From Minisyncoccota bacterium (GTDB taxonomy: Bacteria; Patescibacteriota; Minisyncoccia; Phycocordibacterales; UBA918), in assembly GCA_041389025.1 (NCBI GenBank), contig JAWKSP010000001.1, forward strand, positions 478,663 to 542,662: 64,000 nucleotides of DNA, written 5' to 3'. Positions 1 to 10,404 of this stretch are shown here, one piece after another (positions within the stretch are counted from its first letter, which is position 1; each line of letters starts with the position of its first letter). The notes under the pieces were generated by a model, which searched no databases, was not told the DNA's origin, and worked only from the letters and a program-made list of their open reading frames with translations. Made by a program: the position numbers and the translations under genes.

Positions 1-132
1 GATAGTTTTCCAGAAACTTTTACTCCGGATCAAGAAGCTTTATATGTAGTGGAGACAGTAGCTGGCTTTGTTGATAATAATAGTATTAAGATTGGTGATA
101 AGGTTTCTTTAAGTGAAAAAATTTTAAATTAA
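1..132 (+). CDS. C-terminal fragment of a DUF192-family protein (truncated by window start)
   Basis: Frame 1 reads DSFPETFTPDQEALYVVETVAGFVDNNSIKIGDKVSL...*, matching the typical DUF192 C-terminus (YVLE..AG....I..GD.V). Confidence 0.7.
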   Translation, partial: DSFPETFTPDQEALYVVETVAGFVDNNSIKIGDKVSLSEKILN

Positions 133-229
133 AATAAATCAATCTCCACAACTAAATAATAAAAATTAATTCATTTTATCTTTTAGATGCTAAACTATTT
201 TAATTAGACAAAGTTAATTTTAATAAAAA

Positions 230-2212
230 ATGGAACCAGATAATAATCAACAAGATGTTTCAAATGATGCTGATGTTTTAACTAAGCCGATAACTACACC
301 AATTGCCTCACTTACCTTAGGGCTTATAACGGCTTTAGTTTTAACCACCACCTTAAATGGTTTTGTATCCTTAAAATACACTATTAACCAGTTAGCTTCT
401 CAACAAAATAGCTATGCAGCGATATCGTCGGTGGCTAAAAATAAAGTCAAAGATAATAATTCTGTCGTTAATTTAGAATCAGAGGAAACTAATAGAGTAA
501 TTGTTAAATTTAAAGACGATGCTAAATTACCACCTGGTTTGTCAGTGGCGGCCGAAAAAGCTAATTTAGAAAAGGCTCAAGGACTAAATCATGTCTTAAC
601 TATCAATGGTATTGAAGCTCAAGTTTATGAAATATCAGAAGATGATACTGCCACTGAGGTAGTGCAGAGACTCTTGGCTAAACATAAGGATGTGATCGAG
701 TACGCTGAAGTGGATATGTTGGTAGCGCCAAGTCTGGTGCCAAATGACCCTTATTATCCAAACGCTTGGCATTTACCAAAAATAGAAGCACCGGCTGCTT
801 GGGATAGTATTCAGGGTGCTAGCGTAACAGTAGCAATTCTAGATAGTGGAGCCGATCCTAATCACCCAGATTTAAATTTTGCGCCAAATGTTGGTTGGGA
901 TTTTTATTACGGTAACTCAGATTGGAGTGATGTTTATGGACATGGGACAATTGTGTCTGGAGCAGCAGTGGCTACTATGGATAATTTAGCTGGTGTAGCT
1001 GGTGTAGCCGGAAAAGCATTATTAATGCCAGTACAAGTAGCTAATGATAACGATGGTTATGCTTTTTGGAGTTCTATGACCAGCGGTATAATTTATGCTG
1101 CTGATAATGGAGCTAGGGTTGTTAACCTCAGTTTTCAAGCCTGTGATTCAAACGCTCTCTCTGACGCTGCTGGGTACATGCGCGATAGAGGTGGGGTGGT
1201 GTTGGTGGCGGCTGGCAACACCGGAACAGAATTAACTTATCCGGTTTCCACCAATATAACCTGTGTATCAGCTACCGGTTCTGGTGATACGCGTCCTAGT
1301 TGGTCTAGTTATGGAAATTATGTTGATGTAGCGGCACCTGGGGTTGGTATTTACACTACTGTTAAAGGTGGTGGATATGGTGGAGCTAGCGGTACTTCAC
1401 TATCAACTCCGGTTGTCTCCGGCGTATACGCATTAATGTTTAGTGCCAACCCTTCTCTAACTGCAGCTGAAGCTGATGCTATATTATTCCAAACCGCTCT
1501 TGATATTGGTTCTGCTGGTTGGGATATGTACTATGGTCATGGACGTGTTAATGCTTTCGCTGCAGTGCAAGCCGCTTTAAATATGCAAGGTTCTCAAGAT
1601 ACAGAAGCGCCGACTACTCCTGCAAATCTAAATGCAGACAACGTCACTGATAGGTCAGTTACTTTAAATTGGCTTAATTCTACCGACAATGTGTTGGTAA
1701 CTGGGTATAATGTTTACCGCGATGGGGAAAAGATTACTACTACTTCAAATACCAACTACACAGATGTTTCATTGAGTTCAAATTCAACATATGTTTACGA
1801 AGTTTCAGCGATCGATAAAGCCGGTAATGAATCAGCTCGAAGTGCTTCTGTTTCCGTTAATACTCTAGATGTTGCTTTTGATATAGCTGGTTATTCAGTA
1901 ATAAGTAAAAGTAATAGTGATGCCACAATTGGTGTTGATTTAACTAAGTTAGGTACTGTTACTGTTAGATACGGTACTAATAGTGGTAACTTAGATCTGT
2001 CAGTTGATAGTTCTGAGCTTAATACTAATCACTCCCTTAACTTAACCGGTCTTTCTTCTCGTACTACTTATTATTATCAAGTGATAGCTGTTGATCAATC
2101 TGGAGCTACCGTATCTTCTTCTGTATCCAGCTTCAAAACACCTAAAGGTGGAGGTGGTAGCGGAGGTGGCGGTAATAGTGGAAAGGGTAACGGAAAGCCT
2201 AGCAACCGCTAA
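230..2212 (+). CDS. Membrane-anchored/secreted subtilisin-like S8 serine peptidase with C-terminal fibronectin type III domains
   Basis: Catalytic triad motifs ILDSG, GHGT, SGTSLSTP; AAGN oxyanion; N-terminal TM helix; DTEAPTTP...YNVYRDG FN3; Gly-rich tail. Confidence 0.92.
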   Translation: MEPDNNQQDVSNDADVLTKPITTPIASLTLGLITALVLTTTLNGFVSLKYTINQLASQQNSYAAISSVAKNKVKDNNSVVNLESEETNRVIVKFKDDAKLPPGLSVAAEKANLEKAQGLNHVLTINGIEAQVYEISEDDTATEVVQRLLAKHKDVIEYAEVDMLVAPSLVPNDPYYPNAWHLPKIEAPAAWDSIQGASVTVAILDSGADPNHPDLNFAPNVGWDFYYGNSDWSDVYGHGTIVSGAAVATMDNLAGVAGVAGKALLMPVQVANDNDGYAFWSSMTSGIIYAADNGARVVNLSFQACDSNALSDAAGYMRDRGGVVLVAAGNTGTELTYPVSTNITCVSATGSGDTRPSWSSYGNYVDVAAPGVGIYTTVKGGGYGGASGTSLSTPVVSGVYALMFSANPSLTAAEADAILFQTALDIGSAGWDMYYGHGRVNAFAAVQAALNMQGSQDTEAPTTPANLNADNVTDRSVTLNWLNSTDNVLVTGYNVYRDGEKITTTSNTNYTDVSLSSNSTYVYEVSAIDKAGNESARSASVSVNTLDVAFDIAGYSVISKSNSDATIGVDLTKLGTVTVRYGTNSGNLDLSVDSSELNTNHSLNLTGLSSRTTYYYQVIAVDQSGATVSSSVSSFKTPKGGGGSGGGGNSGKGNGKPSNR

Positions 2213-2232
2213 TTATTTCAGATACACAAATA

Positions 2233-2274
2233 ACATAAAACACAAAAGTCCTGTAGGACTTTTGTGTTTTATGT
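2233..2274. terminator. Long inverted repeat, likely terminator of the S8 gene
   Basis: acataaaacacaaaagtcct-gt-aggacttttgtgttttatgt. Confidence 0.7.
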
Positions 2275-2282
2275 GTTATAAT
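2274..2282 (+). promoter_or_regulatory. Extended -10 promoter of rnpB
   Basis: TGtTATAAT ending 6 nt before the predicted rnpB 5' end. Confidence 0.6.
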
Positions 2283-2288
2283 AATAAA

Positions 2289-2832
2289 AGTGTGGTGGTT
2301 GCCCAGCCCTACTTTTTTCAATTACAATTATTTTAATAGTAATTGAAAAAAGTAGAGCTGGGAGGAAAGTCCGAACACGTCCCAGCTCTACTTTTTGTTG
2401 TTATTTATCATTCGTTACCATTTTTTGATTAATTGGTTATGTAATTGATGAGATAATTGAAAAAAGTAGGGCTGGGAGCAGAGTAGCGGGTAATTCCCGT
2501 CGCTAAGCCGTACTTTTGTAAATTTTAATTTGCATGCAAATTAAAATTTACAAAAATGGCACAAGGCTAGAGGTGCGAGCAGAGACGTCGGAAGCTAAAG
2601 CGAACGAATTCCTTATGGGAATAGCTTGAGTAGTAATACTTAAGGTGAAACGGCAAAATCCTTACTTGCGTGCAAGGCCGTGCCCAACCTCACTTTTTTA
2701 TTTTTATTGAATTTTAATAAAAATAAAAAAGTGAGGTTGGGAGAGCCGCTAGAGGTAAATGGTAACATTTATCCCAGAAATATAACCATCCTGATTATTT
2801 AATATATTCAGACAGAATTCGGCTTATACACT
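2289..2832 (+). ncRNA. rnpB: RNase P RNA, expanded (~545 nt) by long AT-rich hairpins
   Basis: P4 strands GAGGAAAGTCCG (2362-2373) and ACAGAATTCGGCTTA (~2812-2826); P1 pairing agtgtg/tacact; GGTGAAAC, GTGCAAG and GCCGCTAGAG motifs; GGTAAC P18 loop. Confidence 0.93.
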
Positions 2833-2865
2833 AAGTAAAAACTCCCGTCAGGGAGTTTTTACTTA
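2832..2865 (+). terminator. Intrinsic terminator after rnpB
   Basis: taagtaaaaactccc-gtca-gggagtttttactta. Confidence 0.8.
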
Positions 2866-2886
2866 TGCTAAAATATATAAGTTATT

Positions 2887-5406
2887 ATGGAAGAAAATAT
2901 ATTTACACCAAAGGTAAATTCTGTTAAGCAAAGTTCTTTAACAGATTTTTTATATAATTTTGCTAAGTTAGCTTTTGTGGCAACTATTGGTTTGCTTCCT
3001 GTTTGGTTTGTACCAGAAGTCTACACTTCATTAGGTTTTACTAAATCATATTTTGCACTGTCAGGTTTAGTTTTAATCCTTATTTTACTAAGCTTGTACA
3101 CATTTAGAAATGGGACACTAAGACTGTCACTACCTGTATCTGTCATTATTTTAGGTTTCTTTGTGTTGACTTCTCTTGTTTCGGCTTTACTGTCGGGAGA
3201 CAGGACAGATGCTATTTTGGGTGATAATTTTGAAATTCATACTGTCGGTTTTTTTATTTTGTTGTTTATTACATTAGTTGTTGGTTTTATCTTTGGTAAA
3301 GATAAGGTAGTTATAAATAAACTTTTTACTTTTCTTAGTGTTGCAACCTTAGTATTACTTATCACACAGGTTTTACGTCTATTTTTGGGTCCTGAATTTT
3401 TATCTTTTTCATTATTTGTGTCTGAGACTCACTCGTATTTTGGTAGTTTTAATGATTTGGCTCTATTGGCTGGACTAGTAGTTGTCGTATCCTTGATGGT
3501 TTTACAAAATGTTTATAAAAGTATTGTCAGTAAGCTATATTTAATTACTGCAATTTTGTTGTCTTTACTAATCATGTCAGTAGTTAATTTCTATCTGGTT
3601 TGGTTAGTGGTTGGGATTTTTTCTTTGGTTTTATTGTTACAACAATTATCTACAGACACTTGGTTTGGAAGTAAAGATAAAAAACCATTATCAAAATTTA
3701 ATACGACGTTAACTTTTATTGTGGCTTTAACTTCATTTATTTTCATAATTATCGGAAGTTATGTTGGAGAAAAGATTATTTCTAAAACTGGAATTAACTA
3801 TCTTGAAATAAGACCTTCTTTTAGTACAACAGTAAATCTGGCTAATAATGTATTTGAATATGATGCCCTTTTAGGAGTTGGTCCTAATCGATTTTCTGAC
3901 GCTTGGCGTCTTTATAAGGATCCAATGATTAACCAGACTGAATTTTGGAATACTGACTTCAATGCTGGTAGTAGTTTTTTATCCACTCTATTTGTGACTA
4001 CCGGAATACTTGGTGGATTGTTATTTATATTTTTTATTCTCTCTTTCTTATATTCCGGATACCGAACTTTGTTTAAAAACGAACTAGAAGAATACTGGTA
4101 TAAAATCGGTGTTGTTTCTTATGTGGTGTCCTTGTATCTTTGGGTTATGACTATTTTATATGTTCCAAGTAGTAGTGTACTGTTATTAACAGCTACTTTT
4201 ACCGGAATGGCTTTAGCGGTTTATATAAAATCAAAAAAAGATAAGTCTGTAACCATAGATATAAATGCAGTTGTGAATAAACATCAGGGTGTTTTGTTGA
4301 TTGTGATTTTACTAATCACTAATATAGCTATGATTTATTCTTACATTGTGGTTACTAAACAATATTTAGCTCAAACTACATACGCTAAAACTTTGTTAAA
4401 TTACAGTTCTTATAATGAGACAGATATAGATTTAGTCCTACAGAAATCTCAAACATGGTTTGCACAGGATACTTTTGTAGCTGAGCGGGCAAAATTAAAA
4501 TTGGCTAAAGTTAATAGTCTTTTGTCTATACAAGAACCAACTAAAGAACAGGAAGAGGAATTTAGAGTTACCTTAGCTTCTGGAGTGGCTTTGACTGAGC
4601 GGGCAATTATTTTGGATCCAACCAATCCTTATAACCACGCATTATTGGCAAGTTTTTATGCTCTTTTAAATCCACCTAAAGACAGTGATATTTCGATAAA
4701 AAAAGAAACTGAATTAAATCAACTGTTTACTTTAGATCCAACTAATCCGAGTCATTATGTTTTGTTTGCTCAGCTATCGGCTCGGTTTGGTGACGCCTCA
4801 ACTACCAGACTGTATCTAAATAAGGCTATTAACCTTAAGAATGATTATACTGAAGCTTTATTTTTATTATCACAGCTGGATATTGCCGAGGGTAACACAG
4901 AGTCAGCTATAAAGACTACTAGAACCATTGCAAATGTAGAATCGAGCAATCCTACTAGACAGTTTCAATTAGGTATTCTATTATCCGCTAGTAATGATAT
5001 AGATGGAGCGATAAAGGCATTTGAACGAGCGATTGCTTTAGATAATAATTACGCCAACGCTCGTTATTTTTTAGCACTATCTTATCTTGATAAGGGAGAG
5101 AAGATGATGGCTTTAGAACAGTTAAACTTAATTTTGGTTTCTAATCCTGATAATGAATCTTTAAAGCAAGTGATTAAAAATATTGAGGATGATAATTTTT
5201 CAAGTATCAACCAAGATCTTGGAGTTCCGGTTGAAGATGTTGATTTAGTTAATCAAGAAGAGGACGTAACTGTTTCTTCTAAATTTCCAGATACAGATTT
5301 GGTTACCTCTTTAAATCAGGGGGCGACACAAGAACAAGTAGTTGAAAAGGAAGCAGTAAATGATCCTGTAGTACCTGAAACTAAAAATGAGACAGATGAG
5401 TTGTAA
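2887..5406 (+). CDS. Polytopic membrane protein (O-antigen ligase-like) with C-terminal TPR repeats
   Basis: About 12 TM segments; LLGVGPNRF motif; TPR-like repeats (AIKAFERAIALDNNYANARYFLA). Confidence 0.7.
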   Translation: MEENIFTPKVNSVKQSSLTDFLYNFAKLAFVATIGLLPVWFVPEVYTSLGFTKSYFALSGLVLILILLSLYTFRNGTLRLSLPVSVIILGFFVLTSLVSALLSGDRTDAILGDNFEIHTVGFFILLFITLVVGFIFGKDKVVINKLFTFLSVATLVLLITQVLRLFLGPEFLSFSLFVSETHSYFGSFNDLALLAGLVVVVSLMVLQNVYKSIVSKLYLITAILLSLLIMSVVNFYLVWLVVGIFSLVLLLQQLSTDTWFGSKDKKPLSKFNTTLTFIVALTSFIFIIIGSYVGEKIISKTGINYLEIRPSFSTTVNLANNVFEYDALLGVGPNRFSDAWRLYKDPMINQTEFWNTDFNAGSSFLSTLFVTTGILGGLLFIFFILSFLYSGYRTLFKNELEEYWYKIGVVSYVVSLYLWVMTILYVPSSSVLLLTATFTGMALAVYIKSKKDKSVTIDINAVVNKHQGVLLIVILLITNIAMIYSYIVVTKQYLAQTTYAKTLLNYSSYNETDIDLVLQKSQTWFAQDTFVAERAKLKLAKVNSLLSIQEPTKEQEEEFRVTLASGVALTERAIILDPTNPYNHALLASFYALLNPPKDSDISIKKETELNQLFTLDPTNPSHYVLFAQLSARFGDASTTRLYLNKAINLKNDYTEALFLLSQLDIAEGNTESAIKTTRTIANVESSNPTRQFQLGILLSASNDIDGAIKAFERAIALDNNYANARYFLALSYLDKGEKMMALEQLNLILVSNPDNESLKQVIKNIEDDNFSSINQDLGVPVEDVDLVNQEEDVTVSSKFPDTDLVTSLNQGATQEQVVEKEAVNDPVVPETKNETDEL

Positions 5407-5412
5407 AATTTT

Positions 5413-7077
5413 ATGGTAAGACGGGTTTTAAGATTTGTTTATAGTGAAATACGTGGTTTACATCAAGCGGCTTATCTGCTGGCTTTATTTGCAGTTGGTT
5501 CGCAACTCTTAGCTTTGGTCAGGGATCGACTTTTAGCTCATAATTTTGGAGCCGGTAATGAACTGGACTTATACTATACTGCTTTTCGTATTCCTGACTT
5601 ATTATATGCTTTGTTTGCTTCTGTCCTTTCTGTCTACGTACTTTTACCATTCGTAACCAAAGCTAAAGAAGAAAAAGGAATAAAAGCAGGATCTAATATT
5701 TTAGGTCAGATGTTTACGATTTTTACTATCTCGTATTCCGTTGTGGCTTTACTAATTTTTATTTTCGCTCCTTTTTTAGTAAAAGTTCTGTTTCCAGGTT
5801 TAGTTGATGGTAATGAAACATTAGTTTTGTTGTTGAGAGTTTTAATGATACAACCATTTTTGTTAGGTGTATCAAGTTTATTAAACGTCGTTACACAATT
5901 TTCACAACGTTTTGTTCTCTATGCTGTTAGCCCACTTATCTATAATCTAGGTATAATTATCGGTATTTTAGGTTTTTATCCTATTTTTGGTTTACTTGGT
6001 TTGGTAGTTGGTGTGGTCTTAGGAGCGCTTGGACACATGCTTATTCAGTTGCCACATGTTCTAAAAAGTGAGCTATCATTTAAGTTTGTAACAAAATTAG
6101 ACTTTTATTTACTGAGGTCAATTTTTTTAGTAGCTATACCAAGAGCTTTGACTCTGTCGATACACCAAATAATTCTATTAGTTTTAACCGGAATGGCGAC
6201 AGTTATGGCTGTTGGTTCTGTATCAGTATTTCAGTTGGCCTTTAATTTGCAGTCAGTTCCTTTGGCGGTTATTGGAGTAAGCTATTCGGTAGCAGCTTTT
6301 CCGGTTTTGGCTAACTTGTTTGCTCAAAATAAACGTGATGTCTTTAATATTCATGTTTATACTGCTCTTAGACATATTATTTTTTGGTCTATACCAATAG
6401 TAGCTTTGGTGGTTGTACTTAGGGCACAAATAGTTAGAGTTATTTTAGGAAGCGGTTCGTTTGATTGGAACGACACGAGATTAACGGCAGCTATGCTGGC
6501 TTTATTTACAGTCTCATTGACCGCTCAATCATTTATGTTGTTATTAATTAGAACTTTCTATGCTGGTGGAAATACTAAGCTACCTTTATACATAGCTTTA
6601 ACTGGAGCAACAACGGCTATTGTTTCTGCTTTTGTTTTGGTCGATATGTTCAATAATGTCCCAGAATTCAAGCATTTATTGGAAAGCCTATTTAGACTTG
6701 AGGGAACCTCGGGTACAGAAGTGTTTGTCTTAGCTTTGGCTTTTGTAGCTGGAGTCACGATAGAAATGATTTTAGCTATTACAATTGCAACATCTGTCTT
6801 TAAATTAAAGTGGCAAGGAATTGGTCAACAATTAGTTGATGCGACTTTGGCCGCTTTGGTGGCTGGCTTGTCGGCTTATGCCACGCTCTTGTTTATTGTC
6901 GACGGAGTTAATCAAGAAACTTTTGTTGGGATTTTGTTGCAAGGATCTATTGCAGGTTTAATCGGTATTCTTGGAGCTTTTCTAGTCTATCATTGGCTTG
7001 ATTCTAAGGAACTAAAAGAAATTACCAGCTCATTTCAGTCAAGGCTGGCAAAAAAAGATACAATTGGACCACAATAA
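5413..7077 (+). CDS. murJ: Lipid II flippase MurJ/MviN
   Basis: LALVRDRLLAHNFGAG..LDLYYTAFRIPDLLY motif; about 14 TM. Confidence 0.9.
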   Translation: MVRRVLRFVYSEIRGLHQAAYLLALFAVGSQLLALVRDRLLAHNFGAGNELDLYYTAFRIPDLLYALFASVLSVYVLLPFVTKAKEEKGIKAGSNILGQMFTIFTISYSVVALLIFIFAPFLVKVLFPGLVDGNETLVLLLRVLMIQPFLLGVSSLLNVVTQFSQRFVLYAVSPLIYNLGIIIGILGFYPIFGLLGLVVGVVLGALGHMLIQLPHVLKSELSFKFVTKLDFYLLRSIFLVAIPRALTLSIHQIILLVLTGMATVMAVGSVSVFQLAFNLQSVPLAVIGVSYSVAAFPVLANLFAQNKRDVFNIHVYTALRHIIFWSIPIVALVVVLRAQIVRVILGSGSFDWNDTRLTAAMLALFTVSLTAQSFMLLLIRTFYAGGNTKLPLYIALTGATTAIVSAFVLVDMFNNVPEFKHLLESLFRLEGTSGTEVFVLALAFVAGVTIEMILAITIATSVFKLKWQGIGQQLVDATLAALVAGLSAYATLLFIVDGVNQETFVGILLQGSIAGLIGILGAFLVYHWLDSKELKEITSSFQSRLAKKDTIGPQ

Positions 7078-7132
7078 TCAAGGTCTGGTTTTTGCGGTGA
7101 TAGTAAGGTAGAGTACAGAGATAAATTTAGTT

Positions 7133-8926
7133 ATGGCAAGACAAATCAGAAATTTTAGTATTATTGCTCACATTGATCATGGGAAGTCTACCTTGGCTGA
7201 TCGCATGCTTGAATTAACCAAGACAGTTGAGGCTAGAAAAATGAAAAACCAAGTACTTGATTCTATGGAATTGGAGCGTGAACGTGGAATCACTATCAAA
7301 ATGCAACCGGTAAAAATGAATTATCATTTAGATGGACAGGATTATGATTTGAATCTGATTGATACACCGGGGCATATAGATTTTTCTTATGAGGTATCAC
7401 GAGCTTTAAAGGCAGTAGAGGGCGTACTACTTTTAGTTGATAGTACACAAGGAGTGCAAGCACAAACATTGACTACTTTGCAAATGGCTAAAGACCAAGG
7501 TCTTAAAATTATTCCGGTGTTGACCAAGATAGATGTTTCTCATTCTAGGGTGGAGGAGGTTTCAGAAGAAGTAATAGATTTACTTGGTTGTGATAAAGCT
7601 GAAATTATGACTGTGTCTGGTAAAACTGGAGCTGGGGTGGATGAACTTTTACGCCGGATTTGCTTGGATATACCACCACCGGAATTGAGTAAGCAAAATG
7701 ATTATCGTGGTTTAATTTTTGATTTTCAGTATTCCAGTCATCGTGGAATTATTATCTTTATGCGGGTGTTTGATGGAATTGTAAAGAAGGGTGATATTTT
7801 AAAATTTAATGCTAGCGGTCGCGATTTTACTGCCCTTGAGGTAGGGGTAGTAAGACCTGAGGAAACGCCGGTTGATAGCCTTGCGGCTGGTGATATCGGT
7901 TATATTGTAACTGGTATAAAAGAACCGGGAGTAGCGATGGTAGGCGATACTTTAACTTTCAGTAAGAGTACCACTCCTTCCTTGTCTGGTTATATGGAAG
8001 CACGGCCGGTGGTGTGGGCCTCTATTTTTCCTAATGACCAAGATGATTTTACTATCCTAAGACAGTCACTTGAGCGACTAAGATTATCAGATTCTTCTTT
8101 ATCGTATGAAGAAGAATCATCTGGTGTGTTGGGACGAGGCTTTCGTTGTGGTTTTTTAGGTATGCTTCATTTGGAGATAATTGCTGAGCGACTTCGTCGG
8201 GAGTTTAAAGTAGAGATAATCATCACCGCGCCATCGATTGCTTATGAGGTGACGAACGATAAAGGGGAAGTGGAACAAATATATGCTGCTTCACGATTCC
8301 CTGATTATGGTGAGAAATTTAGTGTTCGTGAACCATGGGTTTTAGGACAGATAATTCTACCACCTGAATATGTTGGGGCAGTTATGACTTTGTTATATGA
8401 ACATGAAGCACAAGTAATAGACACTGAGGTATTTGGTGATGGGCGTAATCTTGTTTCTCTGGAGATGCCGCTTCGTGAATTAATGAGAAATTTTTTTGAT
8501 AAACTTAAAAATGTTACCAGTGGCTATGGATCACTATCTTATGAGATAGCTGAAATGAGATCGGCTGAAGTAGTGCGTCTAGATGTTTTAGTAGCAGAAG
8601 AGTTGGTACCGGCTTTTTCTCGAGTGGTTGGCGAAAAACGAGTGGAGTATGATGCTCGAGCAATGGTGGAAAAATTATATAATACTTTACCAAGACAACA
8701 ATTTGTTACCAAGATACAGGCAAAAGTAAAAGGAAAGATTGTTGCTTCAAGAACTTTGTCAGCTCTTAAGAAAGATGTAACCGGACATTTGTATGGTGGT
8801 GATATTACTAGAAAAATGAAACTGCGAGAAAATCAAAAGGCCGGTAAAAAACGAATGCTGGAAAGAGGAAAAGGGAAGGTGCAGATACCACAAGAAGTTT
8901 TTATGAAGATGGTAAAGAGTGAGTAG
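7133..8926 (+). CDS. lepA: Translation elongation factor 4
   Basis: IRNFSIIAHIDHGKSTLADR, ERERGITIK, GFRCGFLGMLH, YGGDITRKMKL. Confidence 0.98.
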   Translation: MARQIRNFSIIAHIDHGKSTLADRMLELTKTVEARKMKNQVLDSMELERERGITIKMQPVKMNYHLDGQDYDLNLIDTPGHIDFSYEVSRALKAVEGVLLLVDSTQGVQAQTLTTLQMAKDQGLKIIPVLTKIDVSHSRVEEVSEEVIDLLGCDKAEIMTVSGKTGAGVDELLRRICLDIPPPELSKQNDYRGLIFDFQYSSHRGIIIFMRVFDGIVKKGDILKFNASGRDFTALEVGVVRPEETPVDSLAAGDIGYIVTGIKEPGVAMVGDTLTFSKSTTPSLSGYMEARPVVWASIFPNDQDDFTILRQSLERLRLSDSSLSYEEESSGVLGRGFRCGFLGMLHLEIIAERLRREFKVEIIITAPSIAYEVTNDKGEVEQIYAASRFPDYGEKFSVREPWVLGQIILPPEYVGAVMTLLYEHEAQVIDTEVFGDGRNLVSLEMPLRELMRNFFDKLKNVTSGYGSLSYEIAEMRSAEVVRLDVLVAEELVPAFSRVVGEKRVEYDARAMVEKLYNTLPRQQFVTKIQAKVKGKIVASRTLSALKKDVTGHLYGGDITRKMKLRENQKAGKKRMLERGKGKVQIPQEVFMKMVKSE

Positions 8927-9075
8927 CTGGTTGTGCTGAAAACATGTTTCCACTACCGGAAAAAACAAATATCATACTTAGGATTAAAAGTACTGCAATA
9001 AAAGTCCATACCCACTTAATAATAGTTTTACCTCGTTTAGAAAAAAGTATACTCATAATGTTAGAATATTAGCAT

Positions 9076-9456
9076 ATGTTTGATTTTCAGCAAAAGCGTA
9101 AGCTGCGATCGGTTTTTAACTCTAGAATAACTCAAGTTGTTCTGATTATCCTGATTCTTTTTATGTCATGGAGTGCTTACGGACGTTTTTTGGTAGCTAA
9201 GGAGATGTCAGAAAAAAGAGTTATTTTGGAAAAAGAAATAACTAAACTGGAAGAAAGACAAAAAAGTTTAAGTGAAGAAGTTGAGTATATTTCCAGTGAA
9301 AGAGGAATGGAAGCCGAAATTAGACGACAATTTGATGTTGCACGTAAAGGAGAGCAGGTGGTGGTAATAATGGAAGATGAGGATGTGGCCACTACAGTTG
9401 AGCCTTTACCAAAAACCGAAAAAGAAGCATCAAGACCATGGTATAAATTTTGGTAA
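9076..9456 (+). CDS. Septum formation initiator family (FtsB/DivIC-like) protein
   Basis: Single TM plus coiled coil and E.EIRRQFDVARKGEQVV motif. Confidence 0.75.
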   Translation: MFDFQQKRKLRSVFNSRITQVVLIILILFMSWSAYGRFLVAKEMSEKRVILEKEITKLEERQKSLSEEVEYISSERGMEAEIRRQFDVARKGEQVVVIMEDEDVATTVEPLPKTEKEASRPWYKFW

Positions 9457-9521
9457 GACAAAGTGTCATTATTTTACATAATAGTGTAAAATATAAAGTA
9501 TTAGAAAATTTAAAAAAAATT

Positions 9522-9767
9522 ATGAACAAATCAGTAACTATTTATAGCACCCCAACTTGTCATTTTTGCCATGCGGCTAAAGATTTTTTTCAAGCCAATA
9601 ATATTGAATTTACTGAACATGATGTGGCAGCCGATGCTGAAAAAAGAGAAGAAATGGTGGCTATGACTGGGCAAATGGGGGTACCGGTAATCAAGATTGG
9701 TGATGATATTGTGGTTGGTTTTGATGAAGCTAAAGTCAAAGAGTTGATTGAAAGCAGTAACGAATAA
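9522..9767 (+). CDS. Glutaredoxin/NrdH-like redoxin
   Basis: IYSTPTCHFC, GQMGVPVI..GFD; start moved to ATG 9522. Confidence 0.9.
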   Translation: MNKSVTIYSTPTCHFCHAAKDFFQANNIEFTEHDVAADAEKREEMVAMTGQMGVPVIKIGDDIVVGFDEAKVKELIESSNE

Positions 9768-9791
9768 TCAAAAAAGTAGCTTAGTTAAAAT

Positions 9792-9833
9792 TAATATAAA
9801 AGCCCCGCGCCGTAGGCGCGGGCTTTTATATTA
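9792..9833. terminator. Bidirectional intrinsic terminator
   Basis: taatataaaagccccgcgcc-gta-ggcgcgggcttttatatta. Confidence 0.8.
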
Positions 9834-9879
9834 CATATTAAATAAAAAAGAACCCACTTAAAATATTTTAAGTGGGGTG

Positions 9880-10320
9880 TTACCAACCGAGTTTATTTGT
9901 CTCAGTATGTAAAAAAAATAGATTTTTAGCTTTGGTAACAGAATCAGGCTGGATACGAGATTTTTTAAGTTTCGTTTTTGTTGGGTCTGTCACCTCTTCT
10001 ATAGCAAAAACATTTAACATTTCTGAATAAACTAATAGTTTGTCATCATGGTCGCATATCCAACGAAGAACTGTTGTTTCTGGACAATCTTGTTGTATGT
10101 TTTCTAATCTATTTTCAAGATCTGCAAGTGCATCTAAAACACAAGGGTAATTAAATTTAGGAAATTGAATTACAAGATATTTTTTACACAACACTTGCAG
10201 TTCTTTTGTGTTACTGTAAGTTGCTTTTTTTCCGCTCACAAAGGTTAATAGGTCTCGTACCTTGTTATCGGTATAACCATGCATGGCATACAAAACTGTT
10301 AGAAAGTCGAATTTCTTCAT
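9880..10320 (-). CDS. Orphan hypothetical protein with own promoter, SD and terminator
   Basis: 146-aa ORF; TTGACT-17-TATTAT promoter, GGGAGG SD, hairpin at ~9852-9877. Confidence 0.7.
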   Translation of the reverse strand: MKKFDFLTVLYAMHGYTDNKVRDLLTFVSGKKATYSNTKELQVLCKKYLVIQFPKFNYPCVLDALADLENRLENIQQDCPETTVLRWICDHDDKLLVYSEMLNVFAIEEVTDPTKTKLKKSRIQPDSVTKAKNLFFLHTETNKLGW

Positions 10321-10404
10321 TCCAAATCCTCCCTTTTAATGATCAGCTGAAAATATAATACAACATTTACTTTATTGAGTCAAACAAATTGTGCGCGAAA
10401 CGGT

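Noticed and set aside
2091-2336. 81-aa ORF overlapping the S8 end and rnpB
   Set aside because: Runs through a terminator, a promoter and RNase P RNA; spurious.
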